From: Epiperipatus broadwayi
Taxonomy: Eukaryota; Animalia; Onychophora
Direction of reading: 5' to 3'
Length of the DNA stretch: 64,000 nt
Assembly (NCBI GenBank): GCA_028023455.1
Contig: JAQFVV010000002.1
Coordinates: 8,060,001-8,124,000, forward strand
In this document: one piece after another, positions 23,770 to 37,600 of the stretch
Position numbering within the stretch: the first letter of the stretch is position 1
Layout: every line of letters begins with the position of its first letter
Notes under the pieces: model-generated
The model's input: only the letters and a program-made list of their open reading frames with translations
The model's database searches: none
Told to the model about the DNA's origin: nothing
Translations under genes and position numbers: made by a program

Positions 23770-26350
23770 CGAAGAATCGATCTTAGTTTCATGGTTGTCA
23801 TTTAAGAACGGTAATTCTAAACCACTATTTACCCGCAATGAGACTTTTTCTATTCCAAGCCACATAAATTTTAAGTTATTTATTTTGTGTTTGTTTAAAA
23901 AGAATTTAATGTAAAGAGTACGAGTATAAATGTCACAAATCATGATAAATAATATTCGTGTGTGTGTGGTTTGGGGATTTATATTAGCTCAATTTAAAAG
24001 TTTCAATTGCGTGTATATTTTCTTTAAAGTTTAATTTTGCAAATTATACAAAGTCATTTAAAAATCTGATCAAAAGTCACATTCCTTTGATCAGTGTTTT
24101 TAATCAAAATCTTACTTGTAAAAATGTATAGAATAATTAATTTGTACTTCGATAAATTAAGATAATGAATGTATATTTTTGTATTCACGAATTCCGATGT
24201 AATTGTTTTGTCAATTTAGAATCATGTATTAAATTTAAAAATAAATGAAAACCGAACGTAGAACTCTTATCAAGAAAGGCAAAGGCTATTGTATAGTCAA
24301 AAAATTAGATATTGCTGGAGGCCAGAAAATCAAAGGAGGCGGAGTCATGAACAAAAACTAGGCAGAAAGGTCAACCGTAGCCATCTTAGATATAATATAG
24401 ACACTCTAACTTTTGACTTGGCTGTGCTTAGATCGTCTCAAGACAGCAAAGTAGTTGTGCCAGAGAAATCACTTCAACCGTTATTAAGAAGTTGCCCGGT
24501 AAACTGCAATCATGAAGGGCTAACTCCAAGAAGCTGATTCCTGTCCTGCCAATTTAAATCTCTCGAGCCGCTGATCTATAATGTTTCCTGTGCCCCAGTT
24601 TTCCAAATTCCAACATTTAAATTAACCATGCCTTTCTAAGAAATTCAAAATGCGCGCCTACGTTCTTCATAAATATCACCGCAAGAAGAAAAGCCGGACG
24701 AAGAAAGAATGGTAACTTTTGTTACATGAACTTTTTAACTTTCCTCTCAGTAATAATTTTATATTTAATCTGTTAACCTAATTAATTGCATGTAAATTTC
24801 TTGTTTTCCATTTGAAAATGTTACACTACAACCTGTCAGTAAATTTCCTTCTCTAATATTTCTGTGCTCTAGACTTTAGATAATCATTATTAAGATTTGT
24901 GCCTACTAATAATCCATTTGTGAATACATTTATATTTTACTATTACTTATTTTACAAACAAAACGATGCCAATAATAATATTTCTCAACTCTAATTAAAG
25001 TCAGTAAAGTTTATCTCATAATATTTATTATATTCATTTTAAAAGTAATTTCCTTTTATCGAACTAAAAATTGTTTCATTTATGTTGAGTTGAGAAATAT
25101 TCAAATATTTTTGTTGTTTCTTTTACTTCGTTATAATATTTTAATCTATACTCCAAATCTCAATACTTAAAATAGTCTAAAATTTTATTATAATTTTTTA
25201 TATATTATTACGGAGTAAGAATAATAAGTGAATATTTTTGCTATTATTACCTTCCGAACGATCTGGGGAGTTACGGGTTTCAGAGTGAAATTAATTAATT
25301 ATTACTTTTGCGATCGTTTGATTTCGCCAGTTTTATTTAATAGTTATATCGGACTGTTGCGTAGAAAATGTTTCGGAGAGAAAAGGTTTTATATAATTTC
25401 GTTTTAAAATCCACTTCCGACCACCCTTCCTCGATGTTACTGTGGCAATGCCTTTACCTTCGCTTAAGTTGGCGTCTCGTTTTACTACCACATGGAGAGA
25501 AAGAAATTCTTCTCCAGGTAATCTCTTGGATCACCGTGGTTCGAAAATGAGCCCGGCTGGTTGTAGTGTCCCGGATCTACTTGGGGGCATTAAGACTTGT
25601 CAAAGTACAAGCCGCCCGGTATTCCGTCAATGCACCGCAAGTTATTATTTGTAGTATACCTTAATCCCTGCAACCATCAGTATTATATATTATATTTTTA
25701 TATAAAACCGCCTCACATTTATCCGTATACGCAATGGTTTGAATCTATTAAAATAAAACAACTTAATATAAACTAGTAGTTAAATCTTTTAAGGGCTCCA
25801 TTTACTCTGATTCTCATATCAACCTGTACAACCATTTAAACACATAAATATTGGCATGAGTTTGTTAATCAGTACAAACCGATTATTGATGACTAGCAGC
25901 AATTTATTGTAAAATACATATGAGAGTTTTACCGTACCTGTAAATGATATTATTCAATGCTTTCCATAATTTATTAAAAAAAAAATTATCTAATCTAATT
26001 TTGTCTCTCTTGCATTATTACTCTCGAAATCTAGTTAATCACCTGCTGTCTGTATTGACAACTTAAATATATACATCAAATTATTAGCCGTACCAATATC
26101 CCGAATATAAGATATCTATGAAATAGCTGATTGTAGATAATTTAGTCTGTGTTTTTTTCGATGAGCTAGTAAAGGGAAAACCCCGTACCGTTGTAATGTT
26201 GTCATCGGTTAGTCATGCCAGGGTTTTGGGTTTGAATTTAGTTTGCATTTTGGAATTTATTCCTAGACGTGGACTGGGTTTGAATTCGGATTACTGTGTG
26301 TGATGAAGCATGGTGATTTTTACCGGTACAATATGTAAAAACACAAGGAA
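23770..26350. promoter_or_regulatory. CpG-retaining island, probable promoter / first-exon region of an unidentified gene
   Basis: Visibly more CpG than the flanks. YY1-like GCCATCTT at ~24380, ETS-like CACTTCCG at ~25411, and a donor-like atg/gtaact at ~24710. Confidence 0.4.
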
Positions 26351-29300
26351 AACGAAGTGTTGAAAAAGAATTTCAATTTAAAAGTTGTTCTATTGCTCAT
26401 AGCAATTTGATAGCAGTTGCTTGGAAATTCTTAATAAATTCTATAGCAGTTGATTTTTAAGTATTTCTTCTTGGGCTAGTTAAGCAGATTATTTTAAAAT
26501 ATAGATTTTTTCATATGAAATAGAAAATTGGCAAGGCAGATGAAAGCTTAGTGAACTTCTAAACAAATTTAGCTTAACCACTCATGTTTATTGATTGCTT
26601 ACACGTTTTATAACATATCTGTAGAATATCAGAAGTTACTAGTGGCAAGTAACAGCCATTTTTGAACATTTTATGTGTACTTCTCACCTTTGATTGATGT
26701 AGGTCATTGCCTTGAAAATTTTTCCCAATTTAAGGGGTTGAGAATTTGGAAAAAAAGTGCATATTCAAATTAATACGTTAATTATCTCTTTTAAATATAA
26801 ACCGAACAAATTAAAGGTAAAATATAATTTATTCTCCACATACAATTCTCCATCAACAGAAGCAAGTTTTTTTTTAATAACTCACATTATTTCCAAAGTT
26901 CAATTAATAGAGAAATAAGTTTAATCTATTAATTGATTTGATACATCCCTATAAAAACTATCATATAGCTTCCATCTTAAAATAACTTTTATTAAAAATT
27001 TTAAAAGATGTAGTTTAAATTACCAATAATTGAAAAACTATTTTTTTTAATAGGAATCTAAAAGTAAAGAAAAATCTTTGTTTAATCGTCATAAATATCT
27101 TAGATAATGCACAATTATTTGGATATTACTTTAAACATTCTATTTTTTAAAAAATAACTTTTTAAATTTCTTTATAAATAGAAATTTATTGTTGAAAAAA
27201 CTTGTTTACTTTAATAATCTGAGAAATTATTAATTTGCTTTTTAGAAACTGAACTTAAATGAATATAATTTTAAAAATTACTTTTACTGTTGATTCTGTA
27301 ATTGACCAATCAAAAATTTAGAACTTTTAATTCATTCGGCCAATGGGTATTTCAAATGAGGTAAAGGTTAAATTACAATTATTAAAGTACTATATGAAAT
27401 GTTTTAAAAAGTTCACTTCGTTTTAAAATCCTTATTTCTCCAGGATAAGTTAATTTCATTTCTCAGGAAAATGGCAATTAAATATTTCTAAGAATTTTAA
27501 TTCTAGCGTTACACAAAAATAATTTTCAGCTTCTTCCAAACTGGGTTTATTTTTTAGATCGACAATAACAGATATTTTAAATTTAACTATTTCTGAATGA
27601 GAATAATTTTTATGTTTTACTTTTTGTACATTCAAATTAGCTTTGAATTTATCACTATAATTTGTCAATGTTCACATCAGAATTTTCAGAGACCTTGCGG
27701 TCATCTTGGCCACCAGTGATATAGCTAAAGAAAAAAATAAATTTTTACTTGTAATTATAAAAAAATAAAGTGCATGAAAAAGAAATTAAAAATGAAATTT
27801 TTTTAAACATACTTTAATGAATCATGTTCAGCAGCATATTACTCTCATGATTTTAAGTGACTAATATCTGTTTTCAATTTTAAAACTATTGAATTAAATT
27901 TTGTTATAAGGATTTATTGCAAATTCCTTATTTTATTTATGAACAGTTCTGGTGCTCACATTCCCACAATAACGCCATTAGACTTTTTATTTAATAATAG
28001 ATTGAATTGCTTTCATCATCTCAATGTAAGGCTGCAATTAATCCATTTTCAAAAATATGAGGAAACTTTTTCTTACTGAGCTTTATACATCTTATTTGAT
28101 CAATGTAGATTTTTTCTAACGATTCTTTCATTGTTTTACATTTTCTATTATATATATTGCTTGTTTTATTTTTAATTGTACAAATATATTTTAATATTAC
28201 AACAAATTACGTAACTGAAAATAAATTAAAACCAATATTGGAACTATGTATATGATTCTAAAAATGAAATATTTACAAGAATGATGGAAAATTATAAAAT
28301 AATTAAAAAACTTTATATTGATAAAATTATCCTTGATAAAGAAAATGTTTAAGGTTTCTTTGTGTTTTTGAAAAAAAAAATCTTTTACTTCACAATATGG
28401 GAGGAAAAAATTTGAGATTACTTCTGCAAAACAGATTTGTCAAAAATAAAATCGTTAGATTTTAAATGATGAGGTAGATATAAGAAACTTTAATAAATTT
28501 TCTCCATTAAAGATATTTTAAAAAATTTGTTTTCAAGTATTTAAAAAAAAAGTAAAATATATTTACATTAACATGCTTTGCCATTTTTTATATATATTAA
28601 AAATATTTGTATTGGAAAGTCTATAATGAGACATTGGTATATAAAGAAATAAAAAAATTTAATGTTTTGTTTATACAGATTATTTACACTATTTTGATTC
28701 ATTTTTTATGAATAGATCTATCATATTTACTGATCATGTATAACTAAATCTCTTGAAACTGCTTTCATCTTCATCACAAATAATCTATCACATACTAAAA
28801 TGTCATGCCAATTTTTTTTTCATTATTGTTTGTAACTTAATATTCTTTGCAAAATTTATTACAGTTGATTGTATATAAAATGTCAGTTGTATTTATGGGG
28901 AATATTTTTTTTCCCTCATTGCTTTTTTTTTTTTTTCAGATGAAATTGAAGACAAGTGCAGTCCTGTCTTTTGATGAAGCCTAAAAACATCCTATTTTGA
29001 TACTATTTAAACTATGCAATCAGACATATATTCTATTTTGTATTTTACATGAACATTTTTTTTTTTGTAAAAACACATTTACATATAGTAAAGCTGGTAG
29101 TTTCTATAAACATTTTTCTATTACAAAATCTTTAATATTAAAGAACACAATATTGTAAAGTTTCATACATAATGTTAATAATATTGCAAGTAAGAAGTCA
29201 TTAATCATATTTTACAATATTGTTTGTAAACAATGTTAATAAATCAAAATGAAAAAAAATTATATATAATGATCACCTTTTGAATGAAGAAATTACTTAT

Positions 29301-31943
29301 AATAGTCTAAATTCTTAAACTAAAAAAATTTTTTTAAAAAGCTATTCTGAATATCTTGTGGGTAATTGAAGTCCACTAATCTGTTTGAAAAATATAGCAA
29401 TAAAGAAAAGTTGCCATTTAATTAAATAATAGGTTTTTCCAAACAGAAAACAAATCTCAATTTGTTTTAGAAATTGCATTTACAGAAATAATTCACATTA
29501 CATCATTTTAGGGGAATAGATTGTGAACTATACTATCAATGCAAGTTATAAAGTTAAATATTTTTATTTACTTACAAATCATTTTTCTATTTGGCATAAA
29601 GTTGCTTTAATAAAAATACAAGAGCCACCTTTATAAATGCATCTTTTAATCATGGCCAGTCCCATAATCCACAATCACCAAACATTCAAATAAAAACTAT
29701 AGTAACATATACATTATTTACATGTGTGTAAAATGGATAAATGGAATAAAAATAGATTCTAAGATACAATATTCTTGCTAACTGCATTTTATTTTGAATA
29801 GGTCATCCAGATAGCAGACATGAAGCTTTTGTCTCCATATATATTTTTCTTCTTCACCATTAAAAATTATTTATTCTTATTCCTAACCAAAAAAATTTTC
29901 TTCAGATAATTTCAATCGTTTATTAAAATTTACTACAACTATTCTAAAACTCTTAATTTGATATATTTTTCAAAGTAGTAACTTTTAGATTTTAAGTCAC
30001 CCCCTCCCAAAAAAATAGGTTAAAAAAAGGGGAGGTGCCTAAATGGTATCTTTTTTTTAAAAGTACAAGTGAAAAATACATTTGTATGAATAAGATTAAA
30101 CAGACTAATCAAAAGAAGTTTTAAAGTAAATTTAAATTCAATATTACATTTACTTATTAAGAAATTTTGCAAATACTATTTCATAAACTATGGTCTTTAA
30201 ACATGCATGCTTGTTAATATAAAAATGACAAGTCATTTTAAGATAAATATTTAACCTAGAATTGCAAACTTTTATATGGTATCAACAAAACTTTTTTAAA
30301 TGTAAAATATATTTGTAAAGATATACAAGTAGTTGACAGATATTACATTTTGAATGTTGTTATTAAATTGATATTTCTTTTGATGAAAGGTAGAATTGCA
30401 TTTTTTTATTTCGTATTTAAGGATCAGTAATGGATCGAATAATTTGATATCTTGATAATTTCATAAAGTATCTGTTTATTATAATGTAATAACATAAATG
30501 ACTAAATAAATTAAACTAGTTTTGTTTTTATATTGTAATGTTTTAGTTTTTGTCATACATAAATATGATTCAATACATATGCAGACAAACATGTTTTGAC
30601 ATGATTATAGTGTATTATAATATGCCATGATGGTCATCCTAAAAGCAAGTTCTGGAGTTTTGGAATAATAGTATTCAACCTGTATTATCAATTACACACA
30701 CACACACATATGTTAATAAATTTGATTTTTCCAATGGCCTATTCACTTCTTGGCTCTTTTAAAAATTAACATTTAATTGTAACATCCTTACTTTGAGATC
30801 ATAAATTGCATTGGATTACACTGCAAAATATAATCATGTTATTGATTTAATGGAGTGATAAGATTTCAAATGGGTGCACCTATCAATTTATGCTGATAAA
30901 ATAAATAACTGGTTTGTTGTCTGGAAATTACTAAATTTGACTATTAAAATGAGCATAAGCCTTGATCAATGAATCTTGAACTAGTCTGCCATTACCATTG
31001 CACTGATCAATGTAAGGTAAGTAATTTAAAGTTAAAATTTCTTCTTTTCTCAGATTAGGGATTGCCTTTTTGTCAACTATTCTTGGTTTCATAAGTTTTT
31101 ATGCAATTAAAACTTTATATTTTAAATTAATACTGTGAAATATCATTTTATTTTCTAAGATATTAGGAAATGCAAATTGCTTGCCTGTTCATTTATACTT
31201 AAAAACTTAAATAAATAATTGCCTTTTTAAATTCTCTTGTACACAAGAGAAATAGTTATCAAAAAACTTGTAGAGTGGAACAAAAAAAAATTTAATAAGA
31301 AATGAACACAAATACTGTTTTGTTTCTTGAACAGATTAAGTTTATTATAACAATTCACTTGCATATTTATGGAAGTGAAAATTAAAGAGAATTGTTATCA
31401 ATTTGTAAAATATAACAATTTTTATTAGTGATATTTTAAACAAATTTAATTAAAACTTAGGAATGCCCAAAGCAACTGAGCAATTTTCCTCAAATTTATT
31501 AGGTGATGTGTCTTAAATTAATAGAACAGTTTAAAAATATTATTCCTAATTAACCAATTTTTACAATCAATCAAGTTATATAATTATTGTTTGCAATTTC
31601 TTTTATGGAGAAATATATATTAAATGATTTTTTTTTCAAATTTTCTCCATGTAAGGAATGTATAATTTCATTTCAATAAAGGAAATTTTCATAATTTATT
31701 AAAATAACTATGTAGTTTAAAATTACTTAGTTTTTCTATTTAACTAATAAATTCCTGTATAGAAAGGATCTCAAAGATACTGGTCTTAGCATTCAAATGT
31801 CTACAACTATTAAGCAAATACAATTATTTCATGACTTCTGGATTTTTGTTCTTTTTATATATAGGTGTAACTCATTTTATAATGTTGACTAGCTTTTTAT
31901 ATAAAAATCAATTTTTACATAGTATTTACATATATATATATAT

Positions 31944-32355
31944 ACCCTATGCCTGTGGGCACCATGGTGCCTGCAAACCATTTTACGTGTGCCCGCCGCT
32001 ATCCGAACACGATAAAAAATTATTTATCTGATACAAATAAATTTAATTTTCGAATTTTTTTTATGAATTATTGTATTATATTGTAATCAAATTGTAGGGC
32101 ATACTATACTTTTACAGCGTAAAAATATAAACGTCAATTGTTAAAAGTTTATTTTTGAAATATTTTTTTGTACATTATGTGTATTATTAACAATATCCAA
32201 CTATAAATTTCACGTGATGTGATGTACTATGGCTTCTCCTTAAACGAAGTCAGGAATATCTCAGCAATTATGCCCAGATAAAAAATAAATGGTGCCCATC
32301 ACCTGGCCGGTATTATGAAATATGCTCTTAAGTGCAAAAAGGTTGGGGACCCCTG
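31944..32355. mobile_element. Non-autonomous hAT (Charlie-like) element, left end degraded
   Basis: Right end aaaaaggttggggacccctg is the reverse complement of the typical CAGGGGTCCCCAACCTTTTT hAT terminus. CpG-richer subterminal sequence lies at the left. Confidence 0.6.
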
Positions 32356-33899
32356 CACTATGGCATAACATATAGGTATTTAGTAACAGATTTTCAGTTA
32401 ATACTTTAGCTGTGGAATATCAATTTACTGTACACATAAAAAAGTATTATTACAATTTTCCTCTTAAAAATTCATATTTAAGACAAATTAATATTGCTAT
32501 TATCCATAAAGTAGCTGGGATGTATGCTGAAAGTGATATCAGCTTAAAATTATAATGCATAATTTGAGAATTTCCTAATGTTTCAATATTTTTCTTAATA
32601 TAAAAATTGAAATGAAGCATGAAATTAGGGAATAAAAAAATAAATGAAATAGCTAACATATCAATTTGGTAAGTACCACATACCAAGTAATTTCCTTTGA
32701 TTATAGAAAAAAGCAGAAATGAATGTAGAGATGTATCAAAAAGCATACAAAATCGTAATGCGTGCAAATGTATACAATATTAATTTGAAAATTAATGATT
32801 TGGGAAGGATCTAGATTAACATTCACTACATACATAAAATTCATCGTAACTTCAAAAAATGATATCTACAGAACTTCTGTTCAAGGGTTGAATGGAAAAT
32901 ATAACGTGATCATGATGAAAGAAAAAAGGAAAGTTAGGATAATTAGTGCATACCTATTAGTAGCTCAATACATTTTTCATACGATAAACATATAATTCAT
33001 CCAATAATTTTAAGACTGAAATTATATATACATTTTGCAATTTAAATTCACCAATAGATTGGTATTATTTTCTTAGGACTACATTTAACGATTTAAAAAA
33101 AAATCAGTTTTGTAATCGTCATTTTCTTTCAAGAGTAGATTACATGCATATAGTTTATGCTAGAAGGAAAACTGATATAGGCAGATAGTGAAGTATTATA
33201 ACTCAGCAATCATTTCATTAACTGCTTATCCTCTTAAAAACTTTTAATACTAATTGTTTAAAATACATTATAAACTTTAATGGGTGCTTTGGAAAAGTTT
33301 CAATTTTTTTTGACTAAAAAATGGATTAATTCCATTTTGATCTGCAAATTCTGGGGCAAAATATGGATATATAGCTGGAAAGTATATGAAAATTAACTGT
33401 CAAAAATATATAATTATTCAGTGAAACTTATAAATACTAACATTCAACATTTACACAATCGAACTTGTGAATAATTGCTATATTTATTGTAACAATCTGC
33501 CATGTGCATATATATAGCTGCCAGATGGCGCTGTTTCTCTGCAAACCAGCAGAAATACACCGTTTACCAGCTTCAAACTGAAGTTACCATTTAAAGGCCA
33601 CTTGGAGAATTTAGGCAGAATCAAACCGAAGAATTCCAGTTTATTCACCTCTTAGACAACATGGTTTCTATGAGAACGCACAGAAAATTCCCACCTGCCT
33701 TGTGTTGCAAGTCTTTACGCAAATTGTGAAAGTTTATATATTCTATCATGATGGCTGCTTGATTTAAAATATCCATAACTGTTATTGTGCATTTTTTTAT
33801 AAGTTGGAAACACCCTAATTTGTGTACTGATACCCTATTGAGAATTATCATGATGTTAGAGATTGTCCTGTAGAGGTAAAAATCCCAGCCCAATCTCAA

Positions 33900-34620
33900 A
33901 AATGCACGCACAACTATGCTTTGCAAGAGCTCATGCGCAACATTGCATTCGTTGTGAGAAACAAAATGTCTGACACGGTGCAGACAAAGATGCTCTATTC
34001 GCCAGATGTTTGACGGCTTTATACCATTTTTAACAGCATTGCGTCTGGTGTATTATTGGAGCCATGACGAGCTCACCATAGAACCTAAGCTTACAGATCT
34101 TGACCTGTCATGAAGCGTTATCATCAACTGGACTACAGGCCTAAGGGAGTTATGCTGCAAGAGTCTGGAGACACAATACCCTAAGATCAGCGATGTTAGT
34201 CTGATAGTGGAGGAGGATGAGACTATGTTCACCCAAAGAAAGAACCACCAAGGCAGGATGCTGCCACAATAATGGATATTCGGAGGTCTGTGCCAAGAGA
34301 CTGGACAATGCATAGTGGAAACCGTCCCCTCTCGATCAGCAGCTTCGTTTCTGCAGGCCCTATGTGATACCATGTTGAAGCTAGATCTGTTGTGTACTCC
34401 GACTGTTGGAAGGAGTATAAGACATCGGAGTTGGAAGCTGCCGGATATAGACATGAGAATGAACCAACACTAAGGGCATCTTTGGGAAACACTGAAGTAG
34501 CATAATAAAAAACATTGTGCCACAGCCCGCTCCCAGATTATATGGCCAAATTTATGTGGCAGGGCCTCCTCAAAGGGAAGGACTTGTTCAGGGTCATATT
34601 TGCCAAGATGGCCATTCCAA
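33900..34620 (+). pseudogene. Second Merlin/ISXO2-type transposase pseudogene (different family from 3389-12723)
   Basis: VYYWSHDEL...IINWTTGLRELC...KISDVSLIVEEDETMFTQRKNHQGRMLPQ*WIFGGLCQETGQCIVETVPSRSAA, then vySDCWKEY. This matches VEIDES...RKYNRGR...WVFGG...SDxWxAY. TIRs were not found. Confidence 0.85.
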
Positions 34621-37600
34621 CATGTTCAATAGACGCAATAAGTTACAGTTTCACTTGAATTTGTTTTTTTATTTGTTATAAATAAACATAATCTAAAGAA
34701 ATCACTAGTCTTTTGCCTTCATTTGTTTGGGTATCAATTTTCGATTAAATGTCTGGTTATTAGTTGTTTTGTTTTAATTCTTATTTGTTGTGCATGTGCA
34801 TAAAAAACTGGATTAACTTTAAAACCTATGGAATGGAATGTGTACAGTTTTCAATCGAATTTTTGAAATGCCGTATTTCAAACAATAAATAAAAAGTAGT
34901 ACATGTTAGGGTTAGGTTTTGACTTCATAAAAGCAAAAATTAAATATAACAGTAATGTTTTCGTTTTACTTTCATCCTAAAGCAAAAAAAAAAAAGTAAG
35001 AATGCAGGAAGCCCCTTCCAAAAGAAACTAAAAAGCGTAATGGATTAATGTTTTTCCCTTTTTCATTTCTAAAATTAAAAACAAAACACAGCAAATAAAA
35101 AACAAATGAAAAAGTCAATCAAAAGAGCTGTGTTAATGTTTTTAAATGCACAAAACCCAAAATTTTAAAAAACAACACATAAAAACCAAATAAAAAAAGG
35201 TTTGAAATAAATATATCGATAAAATGTCAAACAAAAACATATATCGATAATATATGAAATAGAAATATATACTGATAAAATATGCTACCAAAAATATTAC
35301 GGCGGCCCGGAACATCATATTTGTTTTTGTTTACATAAAAACAGCTCCATCAAGCAGCTTGTTCAGTGAAAACTTAAAAAGACAAATCTTAAATGGTTAA
35401 AAAAATTCTGATAAACGCAAGATGAAAAGATTGCGAAATAAAAATATTTTGCTTAGAATTGTTTTTTTCAAGATATTTTTTAGTAAATATCTATCAGTTT
35501 AATTAAAAAGGGAAAAATAAATGACTTTATAAAGATATGACAGACAAATGAACAAGGTGCTTGACTAATATTAAAAGGATGGAAAAATGTGCATAGAAAG
35601 TAATGATACCAAATGGATTTATAAAAAATCTGGACAAATTTAAATAAGCCAATTCACATAAAAATTGAAAGAATTTAGCTAGTGTTTCCTTCAAATAGTA
35701 GCAGTTAAGCTGTTTTACACTTTTAGTTTAGAATTAACCTTCTTATATCAGATTAAAGCTTTATTAAAACAAGCAATTATTTTTATTGGAAAATTATCCA
35801 GTCATGATAGCATTTAAGCAATAAAAATAGAAAATGCCAAGAAAATTTGTTATATATACAAAATTACCCCGTGAATTAAAAAAAAAAAAACCAACATGAA
35901 TTTAATTTTTATGAACAAATTTAACCTAATTTCAATCTGACAATTTAGATATTAAACTTATTATGTTAATTAATGCATGCATTCCTATAACAAGTTTACT
36001 TATTCCTAAGGGAAATTTTGAAAGATTGACATGTCTGCGTCACAAGTTACAACATTAAATGTATTTTGTATCTCTATGAATCATCTCCAGTGCTCCCCTT
36101 GCCATCCCAACATCTTACAAACTACTTAAAAAATATTCGTGCGACTCATGGTTTTAGTGCCATGCTTAGTTTGAATTATTTCAAATGTTTCAATAGCAAT
36201 TTTATCCAATTTAAAACAAAATTTAATGTTACTGTGTTGTTCTATCATGGGTTAAGATATTAAAGTCATTCAATACATACTTATGCAGATAAAGCATTTC
36301 AGATATATTATTTCCAAAAAATGATAATTTCAAAAAATTTTGAAGATAATTTTGCTTCCAGTTATTAAAGATTCAATTCTGTTATCTTACACATTCAAAA
36401 TTATTTAAGTTCATTTGAAATATGATTGTTAGTATTATTTAAATAGAGTAATTATATTTAATTAACTAACATTATATCTAGTAATTATGTATGCTTAATT
36501 CAGATACATACATATTATATATAATTCCCAAAAATCTCATCAGTTACATTTAACTGCATGGTATGATGCAATTTCATCTGTTTCAATGTTCCAGAAATGA
36601 CAACTATTTACTTTTCAACAAAACTTCTAACAAATGTTGCTATAAAACTATTTATAGCCTTTAAAAAATTAACACATTCAATTGCTACATTATATATATA
36701 ATTTAAAGTTAACATCAGCACATATTAATTGTAATTCAACAAGTAAAGGATTATAATTCTATTTAGAAGATGATATACTTTACTCATTAGCTCTGCACAT
36801 ATTTATGCACTAATAAGGAAGGTTTATTACTTTCTAGATAGAATTACAATCTGATACTATGTTAATAAAATTCCTTGTTTATTAAATAAAAGATTAATAG
36901 AAAATGAAATTTATTAGGTAAATACCACCAAAAGTGATGCCATGGTCTTTATCAAGAAAGCTGCAGATTTTTTAATAACTTACATCAATAATCTATCTAC
37001 TATCAATCGCAATTGTCTTGTTTTTTAAAAAAAAAAATTACAACTTTTTATTTTTTATAAAAGTACAATAATTTTTTCTACATCTAAAATAAGATTTCAC
37101 ATTTTAAAAATGGCATTCTATCGATATTTGCTAAATGTTTCATAATAATTGTACAGCATTTAGTAAATATGCATCCTTTTGATTTGAAATCATTTTAGTT
37201 TTTTGAATATGTTCTAATAATAAGCACTTAATATGAAATATTATTTGTATTAAATAAAAAATATATTTTGACTATTTATCTTTGTGTTACAATAATTAGA
37301 GTCAGCTTTCACAATTTCCATGTTTATTATTTTATTTATCATTTATACAAAGTACTGTTTAAGTCACAAAGTATTATTTGAAAAGTTCAAGGTTATGTAA
37401 ACAAAATGCAGGATTTACAAGTTGCTTTTAAACCAACTGAAATTCATTTAAAACATTTATTACTTTCAGATTATTGTAAGTCTAGAAAATACAACTACAA
37501 AAATATAAGTGATGATAATGAAAAGCACCCAACCAATATTGATTGAAAATCAATAAAATATTATCAAAACTATTGTAGCATACAAGTAAAAAACTAATGA

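Noticed and set aside
27456-27730. Minus-strand exon after a tttag acceptor
   Set aside because: An in-frame stop separates the acceptor from the 70-aa ORF, and there is no donor or homology.
28940-28984. Terminal exon MKLKTSAVLSFDEA* as a KIAA1143-like C-terminus
   Set aside because: The acceptor is strong, but LSF is a common short motif. No upstream KIAA1143-like exons were found at 24-29 kb, and an alternative phase (DEIEDKCSPVF*) is equally possible.
33520-33535. CTCF-like ccagatggcgc motif as an insulator
   Set aside because: A single short match directly upstream of a transposase remnant. Such motifs are common in transposons and there is no further support.
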